Assembly: GCF_006345805.1 (NCBI RefSeq)
Contig: NC_042998.1
Coordinates: 40,114,001 to 40,178,000, forward strand
Length of the DNA: 64,000 bases
Source of the DNA: Octopus sinensis
Taxonomy: Eukaryota
Reading direction: 5' to 3'
The notes under the pieces are model-generated. The model saw only the letters and a program-made list of their open reading frames with translations. It was not told where the DNA came from and did no database searches. Below, in pieces: positions 25,750-39,500 of the stretch. The first letter of the stretch is position 1; each line of letters opens with the position of its first letter. Both the position numbers and the translations under genes were made by a program.

Positions 25750-26636
25750 ACTACATATGTGGACAATTCTGTCTGTGGGTGTGTTTATGGAGTTGTTAGC
25801 TAACTCCTCCTACATCATTTTATTGATTTTGATGAAACCTGACACGTGAGTAGAATTCATGTCTGGAAGCCTCATGGCATACTCAGATTGTTGAAAAAAA
25901 TCGATAATAGGGCCCTGGAAGGGATCCTTATATATATCTAATATATTTTATTTTAAAAAACAAAGGAAATAACCCATTCGCCCCTGGAATGGATCCTCAT
26001 ATATAGCCACAGGAAATAACTCATTCATTTTCCTAAATTATTGAGTAAAAATGAAATTGAGTATGCTTATTTCTTAGTATTTGAACTGTTAGAGTTATTT
26101 TCACAATTTATCTAGTGCAAACCTTAAACAAATAAATAGTATATTCTTAAACAATAGATCCACTTATTTTGGTTAGTGACTTATTCACGAATATACCAAC
26201 ACTAGCACCCCTGAGGGTAATATTCTCTGTGAATGCACAAAAGCCCTTTTCAGAGTTATTTACTTTGAATTGTTATTATCTCATATCTGATTAGCCTGTT
26301 ATTACATAACATGTTTCACGATTTTAGTATAAATACCTTATTAGTATTTCCTCCTATATTCTATATACTCTGGGAATGCATTAAAGCCCTTTTCAGGGCT
26401 ACTTTATTTGAATTCTTACTATCGGGTAACTAATTTCATGTTCTTACATAACTGACTTCACAATTTGGGTATTCATAACTTATTGGGAATTTCTAAAAAC
26501 GAGATCCTAAATGCACAAAAACCGTTTTAAGGGCTATATACTTTGTATTGTTGTTATAGGATTAGCGAAGCAATTATGAGAACAGAACCAAGGGATAAGC
26601 CCCGCTTTCCCGGGAATTACCGGGTACATCAGCTAG
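25750..26636 (+). mobile_element. Non-autonomous Helitron-like element
   Basis: 3' terminus: hairpin CCCGG-gaatta-CCGGG (26609-26624), 8 nt spacer, CTAG (26633-26636) followed by T. Internal degenerate subrepeats. The 5' boundary is approximate. Confidence 0.6.
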
Positions 26637-27337
26637 TATACATATATATGTGGTGCTACATAAAAAAGCACCCAATACACTGTAAAGTGATTGGTATTTA
26701 GGAAGAGTGTCCAGCCATAGAAACCATGCTAAACCATGTAGCAGGGGTTGTTGCAGTCTTCTGACTAGCCAGTTCCTGTGGAACTGTCCATATGTGCCAG
26801 CATGGAAAACAAAATTTAAATGATAGTGATCCAAGCTTCTTTTAGTTTTTGGTCTACCAAATCCATTCACAAGTTTAGGGCTGGTCCAGGACTTTAGCTG
26901 AAGACACTTGCTTAAGATGCTATGCAGTATGACTGAACCCAAAACCACGTGGATTCATCAACTTTTCTCTAGAACTTTTAACTCCAAAATTATTTTAATA
27001 CATAATTATATGCTAAGTACTCCAACATTTTCATGTAATAGACATTTATATTTATCCTATATAAGGAATTATGGTCAGGTAATAATCTAGTTCAACAGGT
27101 AATTGTTTGAAAAAATATTTTGTTGATGCCCTTGGAAAGTAGGACCTTAATCTTTTCCTTCTCTTCTATTCTAAATGTGAAACCTTTTATCAATGTAAAA
27201 AAAAATTTTCTTATCCTTCCAACTAATTAAATCTCCCTATTGTAAGTAACTATTGTACTTCACTTAGTTGTTAGTTCTTCGCCAGAAATTTTTCAAAACT
27301 TGCATTTCTCATATTAAATAAGAAAAATTAGCCCTAG

Positions 27338-27533
27338 GTAAGGGATGTATTTATTCTCCGATGAAGAGCTGTATTTGAAACGTCAGATTTTTATTGTCTT
27401 CGTAGGTTATTCACCTCGAGTTGGGTTAGGTTTAGAATAGGGGGCGTTGTTTCGTAACAAGGGAAATAATTCAGCTACACGACATGTCTCTCGAAGCGTC
27501 GTTAAGACTTGACGATTGACGGACAAAATCTCA
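27338..27533 (+). promoter_or_regulatory. CpG-enriched 5' region of UBAC1 with a putative 68-nt 5'UTR intron (27338-27405)
   Basis: CpG dinucleotides are visibly denser around 27350-28100 than in the surrounding sequence. TAG|GTAAGG donor at 27338; tttttattgtcttcgtag acceptor ending at 27405. Confidence 0.4.
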
Positions 27534-30500
27534 ATGTTTGTCTCGGATACGTTAGTCTTTTCACCTTCAACAATGAAGGTTCGAATCACTAATATGGAAG
27601 GTGTCGATATTATCGATGAATTTCGACCAGATTTAACGGTAGATATGGTCAAGATCCGTTCTTTAAGCCAACTTTTTAGTCCAATGGAAAGCATGAAAGT
27701 CTCTCTCTATCACAAAGTTTTACTCGTCCGAACTGGTAAGGTTCTAAATGAGGAATCCACATTGCAACAAGAAGGTCTTCGAGATAACGGTGAGAAGTTA
27801 TTTTGTTATTATGCTATGACACACACTCCACCTCAACATGGATCCAGCTTAATTTTCACAATTATTTCAAACTGAGTTCATTTAAACGTCATTCTTAGCA
27901 AATTAACACATGTCTGTTCGCGAAACTTTTGTTCAGCCGAACGATTTGCCGTTGCTGTTGTGTATGTAACTTGTAAATATTGGAATTTTTGAAATGATTT
28001 TCTTTTGTGGTTATTTAAAACAAACTCTTCAAGTTACGGCAGAATACCGATTAACGGTTTCAACGGGTTAATGTTCATTGAATATTTATAGAAAGGTATG
28101 TGTGGGGTTGTTTTGGTAAGGCATTATTACGAAAGAAAAGTTTGGGTATACTGTTTTGTTCAAGAAATGTTGTAAGATAAAATAAGTTGGTGATAAGTGA
28201 ATTAATGATTTGAGTGGTTTAGCTTTTGGCACTGAAATGCTAACATTAAGCTCCGGTGTTGCTCACAATAATGGTATTAATAGTAAAATGTCTTGATGCA
28301 GTTCAGTGATAAATTAAAGGCTAGATTTTTCACTAAAGAAGAGTTTGCAAGTGAAGCAAGTTTTATCGAGAGGGTGTAACAGGAAAAAGCCTACAACACT
28401 TCAATCCAGGTTGATTAACTATATGATAAATTGTGAAATAGAGTTTGTTAAATGCTGCAAGCGAGTATTGAACCGACAATAGTGTTTTGCATCATTGCTG
28501 TCAAATGTAAACATACTAACCAATGTTGTATATAGCTAAAACTGTTTCACTTCGGTCGTCGCTAAAACTTTCGGAATCACAATATATCACAATTTATGCA
28601 TATATAGACCTGCACATGCACACACTGGCTCAATCAAAATTTCGAAGATTTAATTCATTAAGTCACACAGTTTAGGTATTATGATATAAATGTGACTCGA
28701 GAATAAAACAGATTGTGGATCTGTCATACTGATAGCAATTTCTAGAACAAAATAAATAAACTAATTATAAACCGATAAGCTAACATGAACATCAGCGATT
28801 CAAAACCTATTTCTCAATCAGATATAAGTTACATCTATCTTTATATCTCCTGTAGCATCTCCCCATAGGTAAAATATTATACATTTTTAACTACATCGTG
28901 TCAGGTTTAATGGGTATCTTCCACTACTAACTCTTAGATGTTCAGTTACCATATCGATACACTTGCATTGAACCTTATTTCTAAGGGAACAACATTTCAC
29001 ATGTAATACACATCTCTCTGGTTATGGAAGTATTGCCTTGCATATACAGAACTAATTTTACAGGAGTTAATCTCCCTCTCTTTAGTTTTCTATTGTAGGG
29101 TGAGTTGATTCTTGCAAATTTATACATTTTTGCATTGTTTACAGTTGGATATTCTTACAACCAGTAACCATTTATGCATAAAAATAAGTGTTGTTCATAT
29201 AATTAGAAAGATTGTTGTTATTTTCCCTGGAAATATAGTTCTTGTTTTGCTTTGAACAAATGAACTCTTGTCCATTAAGGAATGTAGACTGAAAGATGAC
29301 TAACAGAAGACACAATAGATTGCTAGGTGTCATTTTAAGTATATATTCAAGTACATATTTTATCAACTTCATAAAGAGCTGGATAATGAAGAAGCTTATA
29401 TGCTTGGTTGCTTCAACTTGTTAGAAATAGTGGCCAACTTGATTATACTATGGCATCTTAAATAAGGAAATCAAACAGGAGATAATATAGTTAGTTAGTT
29501 AATTTGGCTCAAAAGCAAATAGCAAGGCCATGTAGGGGGACATGGAGTTAAGTACAGGGTGGTGTTCATGTAAAGAGTTCAGGCCACTTGAGGTCAAGGG
29601 AGGCTTTGAACAAAGCGGTCGTCGGCATCTTCACCATCTCGTCTGGCAGCTTGTTCCATGGATCCGCAACCCGGACGGAGAAAGCTCCTCTCCTTCGATT
29701 GAGATGAAATCGTCGCAGGTAGAGCTTTTCGGAATGACCCTGCAGCCAACGCTCTGGAGCAGGAGTGAAGAACAGCTCTTTCGAGAGGTTACACTTTCCG
29801 CTTATGATGTTGTGGGCGAGAATGAGATCACCACGGCGGCGGCGTTTTTCAAGAGAACAAAGGTCGAGCGTCCTCAGCCTTTCTTCATAGGACAAATTTT
29901 TGACACCATGAACCATGTGGGTAGCCAGCTTCTGGACTCTTTCGAGATGCTGTATGTCTTTGAGGAGATAAGGAGAAGAGGCTTGAATCCCATACTCCTA
30001 TATGGGTCTCACCAGCGTGACATAGAGTGGTAGGAATATGGCTCCTGTGAGCATTCCGAATGACCGTCGAATCAAGTTCACATACTCCTTATATTATTGG
30101 TAATAGATTTGCTTGAATCAGAGTTGATCTGGGGATTAAACAACTACAACTTCGTAAGAAGGAAAAGCTAAGTAAAACTGTAAATTCCAGAAATGTATAT
30201 CATTGACACTCTTCTTAGAAAGTTTGAAATATATTGTGATTTTACAAAGCAGAAATAATTGAGAGAGTAACTAAAGGCGTGTGTGAATTTGAGGTGACTG
30301 TACTATTGCAGATATGTGATATGAGTAGACAACGCATGCTATGTGTCATGTGTTGATTCTATTGTTCAACCTTGATAATGCACACTTATGTTCACCAATG
30401 GCCCTCCTATCTTTTTACTGGACTCTTTCATTTTTTTTTCAAATCACAGATGAGGTTTGATAGAGTTTTGGCTGCTAATTCCAAAGGACTAAGGAAGATA

Positions 30501-33500
30501 TAGGAAGTAATATAGAAGTAATGAGGCTGGATCTCAAGTTATTTGGCTGAAAATATGAGACTAAAGAAAAGTAGTGCTATATTGCGGTGCAGATATTTTA
30601 AAAAGCAGAGTTTAAAATGATGGTGGTGAATATTCTTTTACTTGTTTCAGTCATTTGACTGCAACTATGTTGGGGCACCGCCTTGAAGAATTTTTAGTCA
30701 ACTGAATCAACTTCAGTACATATTTTTTAAAGGCTGGTACTTATTCTATCAGGCTCTTTTGTCAAACTGCAAAGTTATGGGGACATATACCAACACCAGT
30801 TGTCAAATCGTGGTAGGGACAAACACACACATACACATATGTATTACAGGCTTTTTTCAGTTTCTGTCTACCAAATCCACTCACAAGGCACTTGCTCAAG
30901 GTATTGTGTAGTGGGTCTGAACCCAGAACTGTGTGGTTGGGAAGCAAACTTCTTCCCACACAGCCATGCCTGCACCTAGGAATTTGCGTTGAAACCAGTT
31001 TCTGAATTTCTCTTACTTTAGTACATATATAACCACTAGCGTAGCTAGAGTGGGTGCTGCCTGGGGCAGCCCTTCTGTTTGCTGTTCCCAGACCCCACAA
31101 AAAACATATTGCTTACAACAGACCCAAAAGTGCTGCCCCTTTAAGAGTGATGCCCAAGGTGGACCACCCCTAGTTACAGTAGTGTGTATAACCAAAAAGC
31201 AAGTAAACTAGAAAAAGAAAAATTCTTTGCAATTTCCTCAAAAATGAAAAGAAATATGCTCAACTACTGATGAGCATATAATTGGAAAGCTGATAAAAAT
31301 TTTACTGGCTGTGGGTATGGTCTTAGAATTTTCTTCAAAACTTTGTTACATGGAATCTGACTTCATGAACTCTGTAGTAAACTGGATGGAGAAATAGAAA
31401 TATTACAAAAAACAAAAAAAAAAACAAAACAAAAACTCTTCTTGAGTTGTGCATAAAGGATGTTTAAGATTAATTTTATATCTTTGTTTTATTGTTTTCT
31501 GGCAGATGAAATAATTATTCTGAAACGTCGTTTGCCACCTTTTGTTTATGATGGAGCTGACAAGGTGAGTGATACTTTTGTATATTTTTAAAATATAATT
31601 TTCTAGCCTGTAATTTGTAAATTCCTTTTCTAAACCATTGCAAGCTGCTCAAATATGTCTGGAATATCTTCTTTAGATTTTATTTAATTGTCTGTGTTAT
31701 CTATAGAACTTAGCCAGCATTCATACAATTTTGTGTGTGTGTGTTGGGGAAAAACTTTGATTTAGGACTATGAAAGAGTTACATTAATGCTATGGTAACA
31801 GTCTTTGACTTGTATTTCTTCTTTCCGGAAAGTCAGTATGCTTAAAGTAGAAGTTGGTTGATTTTGGCAAATCTTTGAAAGTTTCATATTTGCTCAGAGC
31901 GGTCAATGAGAATTACATTGATTTCTGACATTTACACAAGACTACAAATTTTAAAGGTGGATATAGTCAATTATACTACAGGTGTAGGTGAATGTAATGC
32001 AAGGCTTGAAATTTTGGGGTTGATGTAATTGACTAGCCCCTCCCCCCAAATTTCAGGCCTTGTGCCTATAGAAGAAAAGATTATTTATTAGGTTTCTTTC
32101 ATGTAAGTATAGGATAGATAAATCCACTGTATTGTATTTGCACCTCAATCCTGCAGTTTATTTTATTTCATATTTTTGGTTTTATTTTTTTTTTACTACC
32201 TACATCTGTTTGTTCTCCCCATACCATTTATACTCTTTATTCAGCAACCACTCCTAGTTATGTCTTGTGACTCATCTATGCTTCAATTATCACTGAAGGC
32301 AAATGTGTATAATGTTAAATACAGATTTCTCTTATATATTCTAACACATCTAAGGCATTCTAACATATTGCCTTCTAATTAAAAGTGCATCAAATCTCAC
32401 ATGCTCTCAGTTTAGGGCTAACACTACTCTACATTTTTCCTACTTAGGAATATCTGATATGTCACTTTCTACCTTGCTTTTAGATATGCTCCCTGATATC
32501 TCATTTATTCTTTTACTTGTTTCAGTCATTTGACTGTGGCCTTGCTGGAGCACCATCTGGAAGAAATTTAGTCGAACAAATCAACTCCAGGACTTATTTT
32601 TTTTTAAAGCCTGGTACTTATTTTATTAGTCTCTTTTGCCAAACTTCTCAGTAACAGGGATGTAAACACACCAAAACTGGTTGGAGGACAAATGCAGACA
32701 CAGTTGTGTGCACACACACACACATGATGGACTCTTTTCACTCTCTGTCAACCAAATCCATTCACAAGGCTTTGATTGGTCTGAGGCTATAGTAAAGACA
32801 CTTGCCCAAGGTATCATGCAGTGGGACTGGACTGGAACCATATGGCTGGGGAGCAAGCTTCTTTATTTCATTTCATTTGCCATAGAGGCAGTGGGAAGCA
32901 AGCTTCTTACCACACAGCCATGCCTGCAACTTTATCCACTTTTTTCCTATACACGACTTTCATCCCTTGGGATCTATTCTGCTTCTTTGTTGCCTGCTGC
33001 TTTATTGATCCTCTGTTTCAGTTACAAAACTAATCATTTGAAGTCCTTTGGAAATGTCCTGCTGCTATGAATCATATGTCATTACTTAATATCTTAATTA
33101 GAATTGTATAAATATCTTAATTAGAATTGTGTATTCACATATTTTGGTGAGCCACTAACATGTAATAATTGGTCATATTTCAACCACTTTCTCTGTTGTT
33201 TTCACAGAAAGAAGAATCCCGTAAAGGCCCCAATTCTGAAAGTGTTAATAAAGCTACTGCAGGGTTGACTCCTTGTAATATGGAACCGGCTACTGATAAA
33301 CCTCCCAATGGAGGGGATGTAAGACTTTTTGCTTTCATTGCTGGAAATAAATAAAAAAAAATAATGCTTTTTCTTTTTCTTATATACTGTTTGTTATGTC
33401 AAAACACAGATGAGGTAATAAAGCCATGATTTAAGAAAACCTCTTTGCAGAGGTGTTTTAAATAGACTACACCTCTAATGTTATAGTCTTATTGCTAAGT

Positions 33501-36500
33501 TAATGTTACCAATGCAGGAAGCATTAAAAACCTGGGTACTGGTGCCACATAAAAAGCAGCTGTGCAGGTGCTGTGTAAAAGCACCCAGTACACTCTGTTA
33601 AGTGGTTGGAATTAGGAAGGGCATCCAGCTATAGAAACCATGCCAAAACAGACATGGGACTCTGGGCAGCTCTTCAGCTTGCCAGCTCCTGTCAAACTGT
33701 TCAATCCATGCCAGCATGGAAAACAAGCGTCAAATGATGATGATGGCATATTATGACCTTTTACCATCCTGAACATTTTGTACGTTTATATATGCATCCT
33801 GTACATTTACATGGTATTTCTTTCATTACTATTTTGGCTAGTTCAGTGAAGTCTGTGCTCTTCTGATGAGGTAATAAGACCAGAACATGTTCAGAACTGT
33901 CATTTATTTGTTCATTTTTTACAATAGTTTTTACAATCATTAGCATGGGTTACATAAATACTTATTGTTGAAGCTTTGTTTAACAGCTGGATGGCCTTGT
34001 TGCCACTAACCCTCTCTTGTTTTTCATTCTTTATGTCTTCAAAAGCACATAGAATTTGCTGGCAGGGAAATGTCAACGGAAAGTAAACATCGATACACAC
34101 ACACATGTGTGCGCACACTCGTAGGCAATAGCAGAAGGTGTCATGCAGTAGGACTGAACCTGGAACCATTTGGTTGCAAAGTGAATTTCTTAACTAAACA
34201 GTCATGCTTACACCTATTATGTATTTGCTATAAAAACAAAAAAAAAAAAAACCCCAACAAAAACAAACACTGTTAGTCAGTGATTAATTTTATTTTTTCC
34301 TTGTCATAAAATTATTTCTTGTTAGCTTTTAATTTTCTATTATGTTTTGTATGGAGACATCTCTTTAATTACTTAATATGTATATTATATTGACATAACT
34401 TAATTGTTTATTTACTTATATCTAGAATCTTAATATGTTCATCTATACCAGCGGTTCACATAACATTTGGGGTTTCATGTAAGATAACATTTATGTGAAA
34501 TAAATTGGTTATACCTCTACAATACAATATTTCAACCATTTTTTTTTATAGAATCCCTAATAATATTTCATTATAAACATATAATAGGATTTTTTAAACA
34601 TCGAGTGGCTGTTGGGGTCCCCCCAAGTAAAACAGGAATCAATGGGCCCATAAAGAAAATGGTTGAGAACCACTTATCTTTGCCAACTTCTAATTAGTAT
34701 TTTCTTTATTTTAAATTTCAGTTTCAATCAGAATTTAGGAAGATATTAATTACTTTGATTGAAGCATCTCAGAAAATTCTGTGCCTAAAGCCAGACGCAT
34801 CAAAAATTTTTAGACATGCTGAAGGTAAGTAATTTTTAGTTCTTTTTATACAGATCTTGAAAGTTACACAGTATATATGAGGCTAAACTATTGATATATT
34901 AATGATTATATAACCATAAATTTAAGCTTTGCAGTAGTCATCATTATTGTTCGACCGTGGTCGAGACAATGGAATTTACTATGTCACGCCAGACTTCACG
35001 GTCCATCATAGCATTACGGAGGTCCTGTTGCTGGATGCCTGTATCCCTGGAGATTACATCAGGGTAGGAGAGTGTGCGGCCTCTGGTATCGCAAGCAGAT
35101 GGTTTCCAGGGGAGAAGAGTAGAAATTACCTCGTTTTCAGCTCTACAACAATGTCCAGCAAACTGGACTCTTCTACTTTTCACAAGAGATGATACAGGTG
35201 GTAATTTCCCATATATTTGTACTTTGGTTTGATGACGCTTCCATGAGAGATTTTGAGCTCTCATAAGGAGGCGAGTGTAAGTTCCATCCAACTGCCTCTC
35301 AAGCTTCTTTGATAACGTCCAGGTTTCTGAGCCATATAGTAGAATTGGTTCGACTGTGGCTTTGAAGATTTTAAGTTTGAAATCTCTACTTAGATTTGAT
35401 GACCAGATCTTATGCAGTAGTCATTGTGTTATATCTTTTTGGTAAGACATTATTGACATTTTCAGTTTGTGGCTAAGGGTTTTATATTACTTAGAATTTC
35501 AACTCTAAAAGCAAAAGCTGCAGCAGTAATATGCTAAGTTATTGTCATAATCATCATTTATTATTTTAACATCTATTTTCCCATTATGATATGAGTTGAA
35601 CAGATTGACAAGTTGAGATATTACTATACTTCATGATCCTATCACCTTAGGCCCCACCTCATTATACATTTTCATTCTTTGATCTTTCCCTATCAGCATG
35701 CAACCCATCCCCCAGTATATGTCTTTCAGTCTTGTTGCGTGTCTGTTCTAATGATGATGCCTGTGAAACCTCATCATTTTTTCAGTATAACAGTCCTCTG
35801 CATTACATGCAATTAAAGTTGTATATCCAATGGCTCATACTTTCATCTACTTCATACTATAAGAAAAAAATGAATGTGATGAAAGTTTTTTTTTGTTAGT
35901 ATTTGTAATTAGTTATGAAATTCAACTTTAACCCAGTATAAACCTAGAAATGAACTTCGAGTGACATTTGAAACTATTTTGATTACCTTTTAACTGATTG
36001 AAACTATAAAGCTTTTTATTACTTTTCCATTTAGAAATCAGTAACCAATATCTACCTTGTGCCTCAAAAATGGATGAAACCACTGTAAAGAAGCTAACTG
36101 ACATGGGATTCCCAGAAGATAGAGCACGTAAGGCTCTAGCCCTTAACAAGTAAGGCTTTTTGTGCAATTCATTTCTGAAATGCTTAAGTTGGTTTTTAGT
36201 GTTTTTATATATTGCTACTCTATTTTGTGTGGAAATTTGTATCACTTTGTTTGAATAAATGTTTGTTCTGGTTTAAAGAATGCTTGTTTGCCCAATCCTT
36301 TCATTCAGTGTGACTGTATTATTTAGTTGATATTTTAATTCTCCTTTCTACAACATTCAAAATCTTTTATGAAGTTGTGTACTTAACTAAGAAGTGAAGT
36401 CCTACATTCCCAGTGTATTGGCTATATCTTATTTGATCATTATTGATATTTTTTGCCTGTAGACTTTGCTTCAGCCATTAGTCTTTTGTTTTAAAAAACA

Positions 36501-39500
36501 GCTTATGATAATGTTTCATTTGTAGTAATAACGTTTAGAACAATCATTGAAGCTATTTTATATAATTGGTATTCACTTGTGAGTATTGAGCTACATTACA
36601 TGCTTAATTTTAAGTAATGCAGATAAAGAGATTATAAAAATGTAATATTTAAAATGCAAACATATACTTACCATTCAGTCCTGGATAAATCAACAATAAA
36701 TTTAGTATTTTAATTTCTTCAAGTTAAAATTATAACTTTTGTTTCCAAAATCTTTGTTAGAATTCTGTGTGTTATTCCTATGTATTTTTCCAAAATATTC
36801 AAATTCTGAAATTTTTTTTCCTTATTTGATAATTTTGGAATGCTGTCCTCTAATTTTTGAGTTAGCTCTACTTCTAAACATTTCTTGCATGTTCTTTATA
36901 GGATGAACTTCCTTCTAGCTATGGAGTGGCTTCTTACACATAACTCTAATTCTGATACGGATACGCCTCTAAGTAATGAAGAAGACGAAGAAAATGAAGA
37001 AACTGAAACACAGCAATTAGTAAGAACCAGATGTACATAGTATTGTAATTAATGTATTACATTGCCAAGCTGCATTTAGTTGGGGATTTCCACGTCCTAA
37101 AACATATTAGCTCTTTAGACTCAGGTATAGAACACAACAGTATGTTTTAGTTATTTGAAATGTATACATTGTTAAATAACAATCTATTGTCAGTGTTGCC
37201 TGTTAGAAATATTTGAAGATGTATGGATGAGATGGTTTATTTGTTGAAACATTTGATTTATTTTGCCATATGCCCTTCCTGTTGCTAACCACTCAGCCAT
37301 GAATTAGTGTGGCATCTATTTTTTTCCACCCAGACAAAACTCTAACAAGCAGTACTATGTCTCTTGTTAAGGGGCACAAAATCTATGGCTGTAATATGAT
37401 TTCACTTGATAACCATGAGGTTATTAGCTAAGCATTCCTTTTACAGCCATTTCACAACATTGTTCTCATCATCACCATTAACTTACAATTTAAAATCTGA
37501 TATCTTAAAATTATTTTTTCTTCAACAATAATATCAAATAAATGAATGTTAGTAGAAAATTGCATTCTTTGTTTTCTTACATAGGAAGGGGCCACTGCTG
37601 CTACCCCCAACCAATCAGCAAAAGCAAATAGTCTAATAAATTCTTTGAAACGGTTCAAAAAGAGAGAATTCCGTCCAAATCCGAGGGTGAGTCACCAATA
37701 TGTTTCATTATCTAGGATGGTTGTCTTAATGTCCTTAATAAGGCATAATGCTTTAATCAAATAGAGTTAGCTAAATCACTCATATCACCCAAGTGAGAGA
37801 GTCATGGTGCAATGTTGAAGCTAAATACATAGGAATTTTGTCCTGAAGCTAGTATTTAAATACTTCATTTATTAAAATATTCATTCATTAAATCTTGAGC
37901 TTTGCTTTCACTAAATGTTCTATTGTCATTATTGAAATGAAAATATCATACTTCAAATAATCTTAAAAAGCAGTTTGATTAAAAATACATGTCAGTTCTG
38001 ACAGAACTTATACCCTTTTATGTAATGGAGCTAATTTTTAAAGATGTTTAGAATACTTTTTCTTGTTGCATAGTAAATAAGTTAATGACTGAATGTACAT
38101 TTCTTATTGATGGAGAAAAAGGTTGAGACTACTTTTATTTTAAAATTGTTTTTTTTTTTCATTTATATAATCATTAATTAATCCACACATTCTTTTGTAT
38201 GTTAGCTCAGTTTCACATGCTAAATTTCCTATTTTAACACCCACATTGTCATTTTCTCTCTCTTCTTACATCCTTTGCTACAAAGTAAGATGGACTTGGA
38301 AGATCAATCATTCATTCACCCACTAAATATAGTTAAGAACGAAGGTTTTATATTCTTTTTTGACAGGCTCTGCTCACATTAATGGAAATGGGTTTTGAAG
38401 AAGCTGAGGCTATCAGTGCTCTCCGTGTGGCTGGTAACAATCAAGATACAGCTGTAAGTTTATATTTGATTTTGAAATATGTAATGTTTATGGATAATAT
38501 AAAAACAAGAGCGAGCTGAAGATAACTTAGAGCAAAGTTATTGTAATGAACAGACTTTTGTTATAGATTACATATGTACCACTCACAAAACTCCACTCTC
38601 TGGTTTGGTTCATCTTCATTGAGATTATGGTCTATTCCTGGAATGTAACTTTTCCAATGAGAGTACTTTAAATGTAATGGGTGCTTGATTTTGAAATTTG
38701 TAGCTGACAGCTTATTTGCTGCACAGATTTTCTTGAACTCTGACAAAATACGTTTCTAGTACCCTTTCTTGCTTTGTGAGGCATATCAATGTCTGCAGGC
38801 ATCCAGAACATTTCTTGTGATGGTAAGTCACATAGGAGGATCAGTTTGACACTCATTTCTAAATTGTCTTTGCACTTCAACTGCATTTTCAAACTTCCAG
38901 TAGCACTTTAGGACAAATTTCCTTTGTTCAAAGGTTTAGTCCAGATCTCTTCATTATTTCTAAATCAAAGAAATGAAAATTGAATCTTTAGCTTTTAAAG
39001 TATGTATACATTTTTTGGGACACACACATATAAACACGTGTAATTAGATACATTAAATATATTAGTTTGGGTATGAAATACAAAATATATATATATCGTG
39101 CCGGTGGCATGTAAAAAGCACCATCCAATTGTGGCCGTTGCCAGCCTCGTCTGGCCCCCATGCTGGTGGCACATAAAAGCACCATCCGATCGTAGCCGTT
39201 TGCCAGCCTCATCTGGCACCTGTGCAGGTGGCATGTAAAAAGCACCTACTACACTCACGGAGTGGTTGGCGTTAGGAAGGGCATCCAGCTGTAGAAACAC
39301 TGCCAAATCAGACTGGGCCTGGCGCAGCCTTCTGGCTTCCCAGACCCCAGTTGAACCGTCCAACCCATGCTAGCATGGAAAACAGCCGTTAAACGATGAT
39401 GATGTATACATGTAAAACAAGAGAAAGATGGAGTCTTTCAGATGATGAATTTTTAAGTATAAATAATATAAATATTTATATTAATAAGTCCAACTGACAC

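Noticed and set aside
31265-31360. Possible C/D-box snoRNA (TGATGA...CTGA) in UBAC1 intron 1
   Set aside because: Box C lacks the purine, no terminal stem was found and no rRNA guide was recognised.
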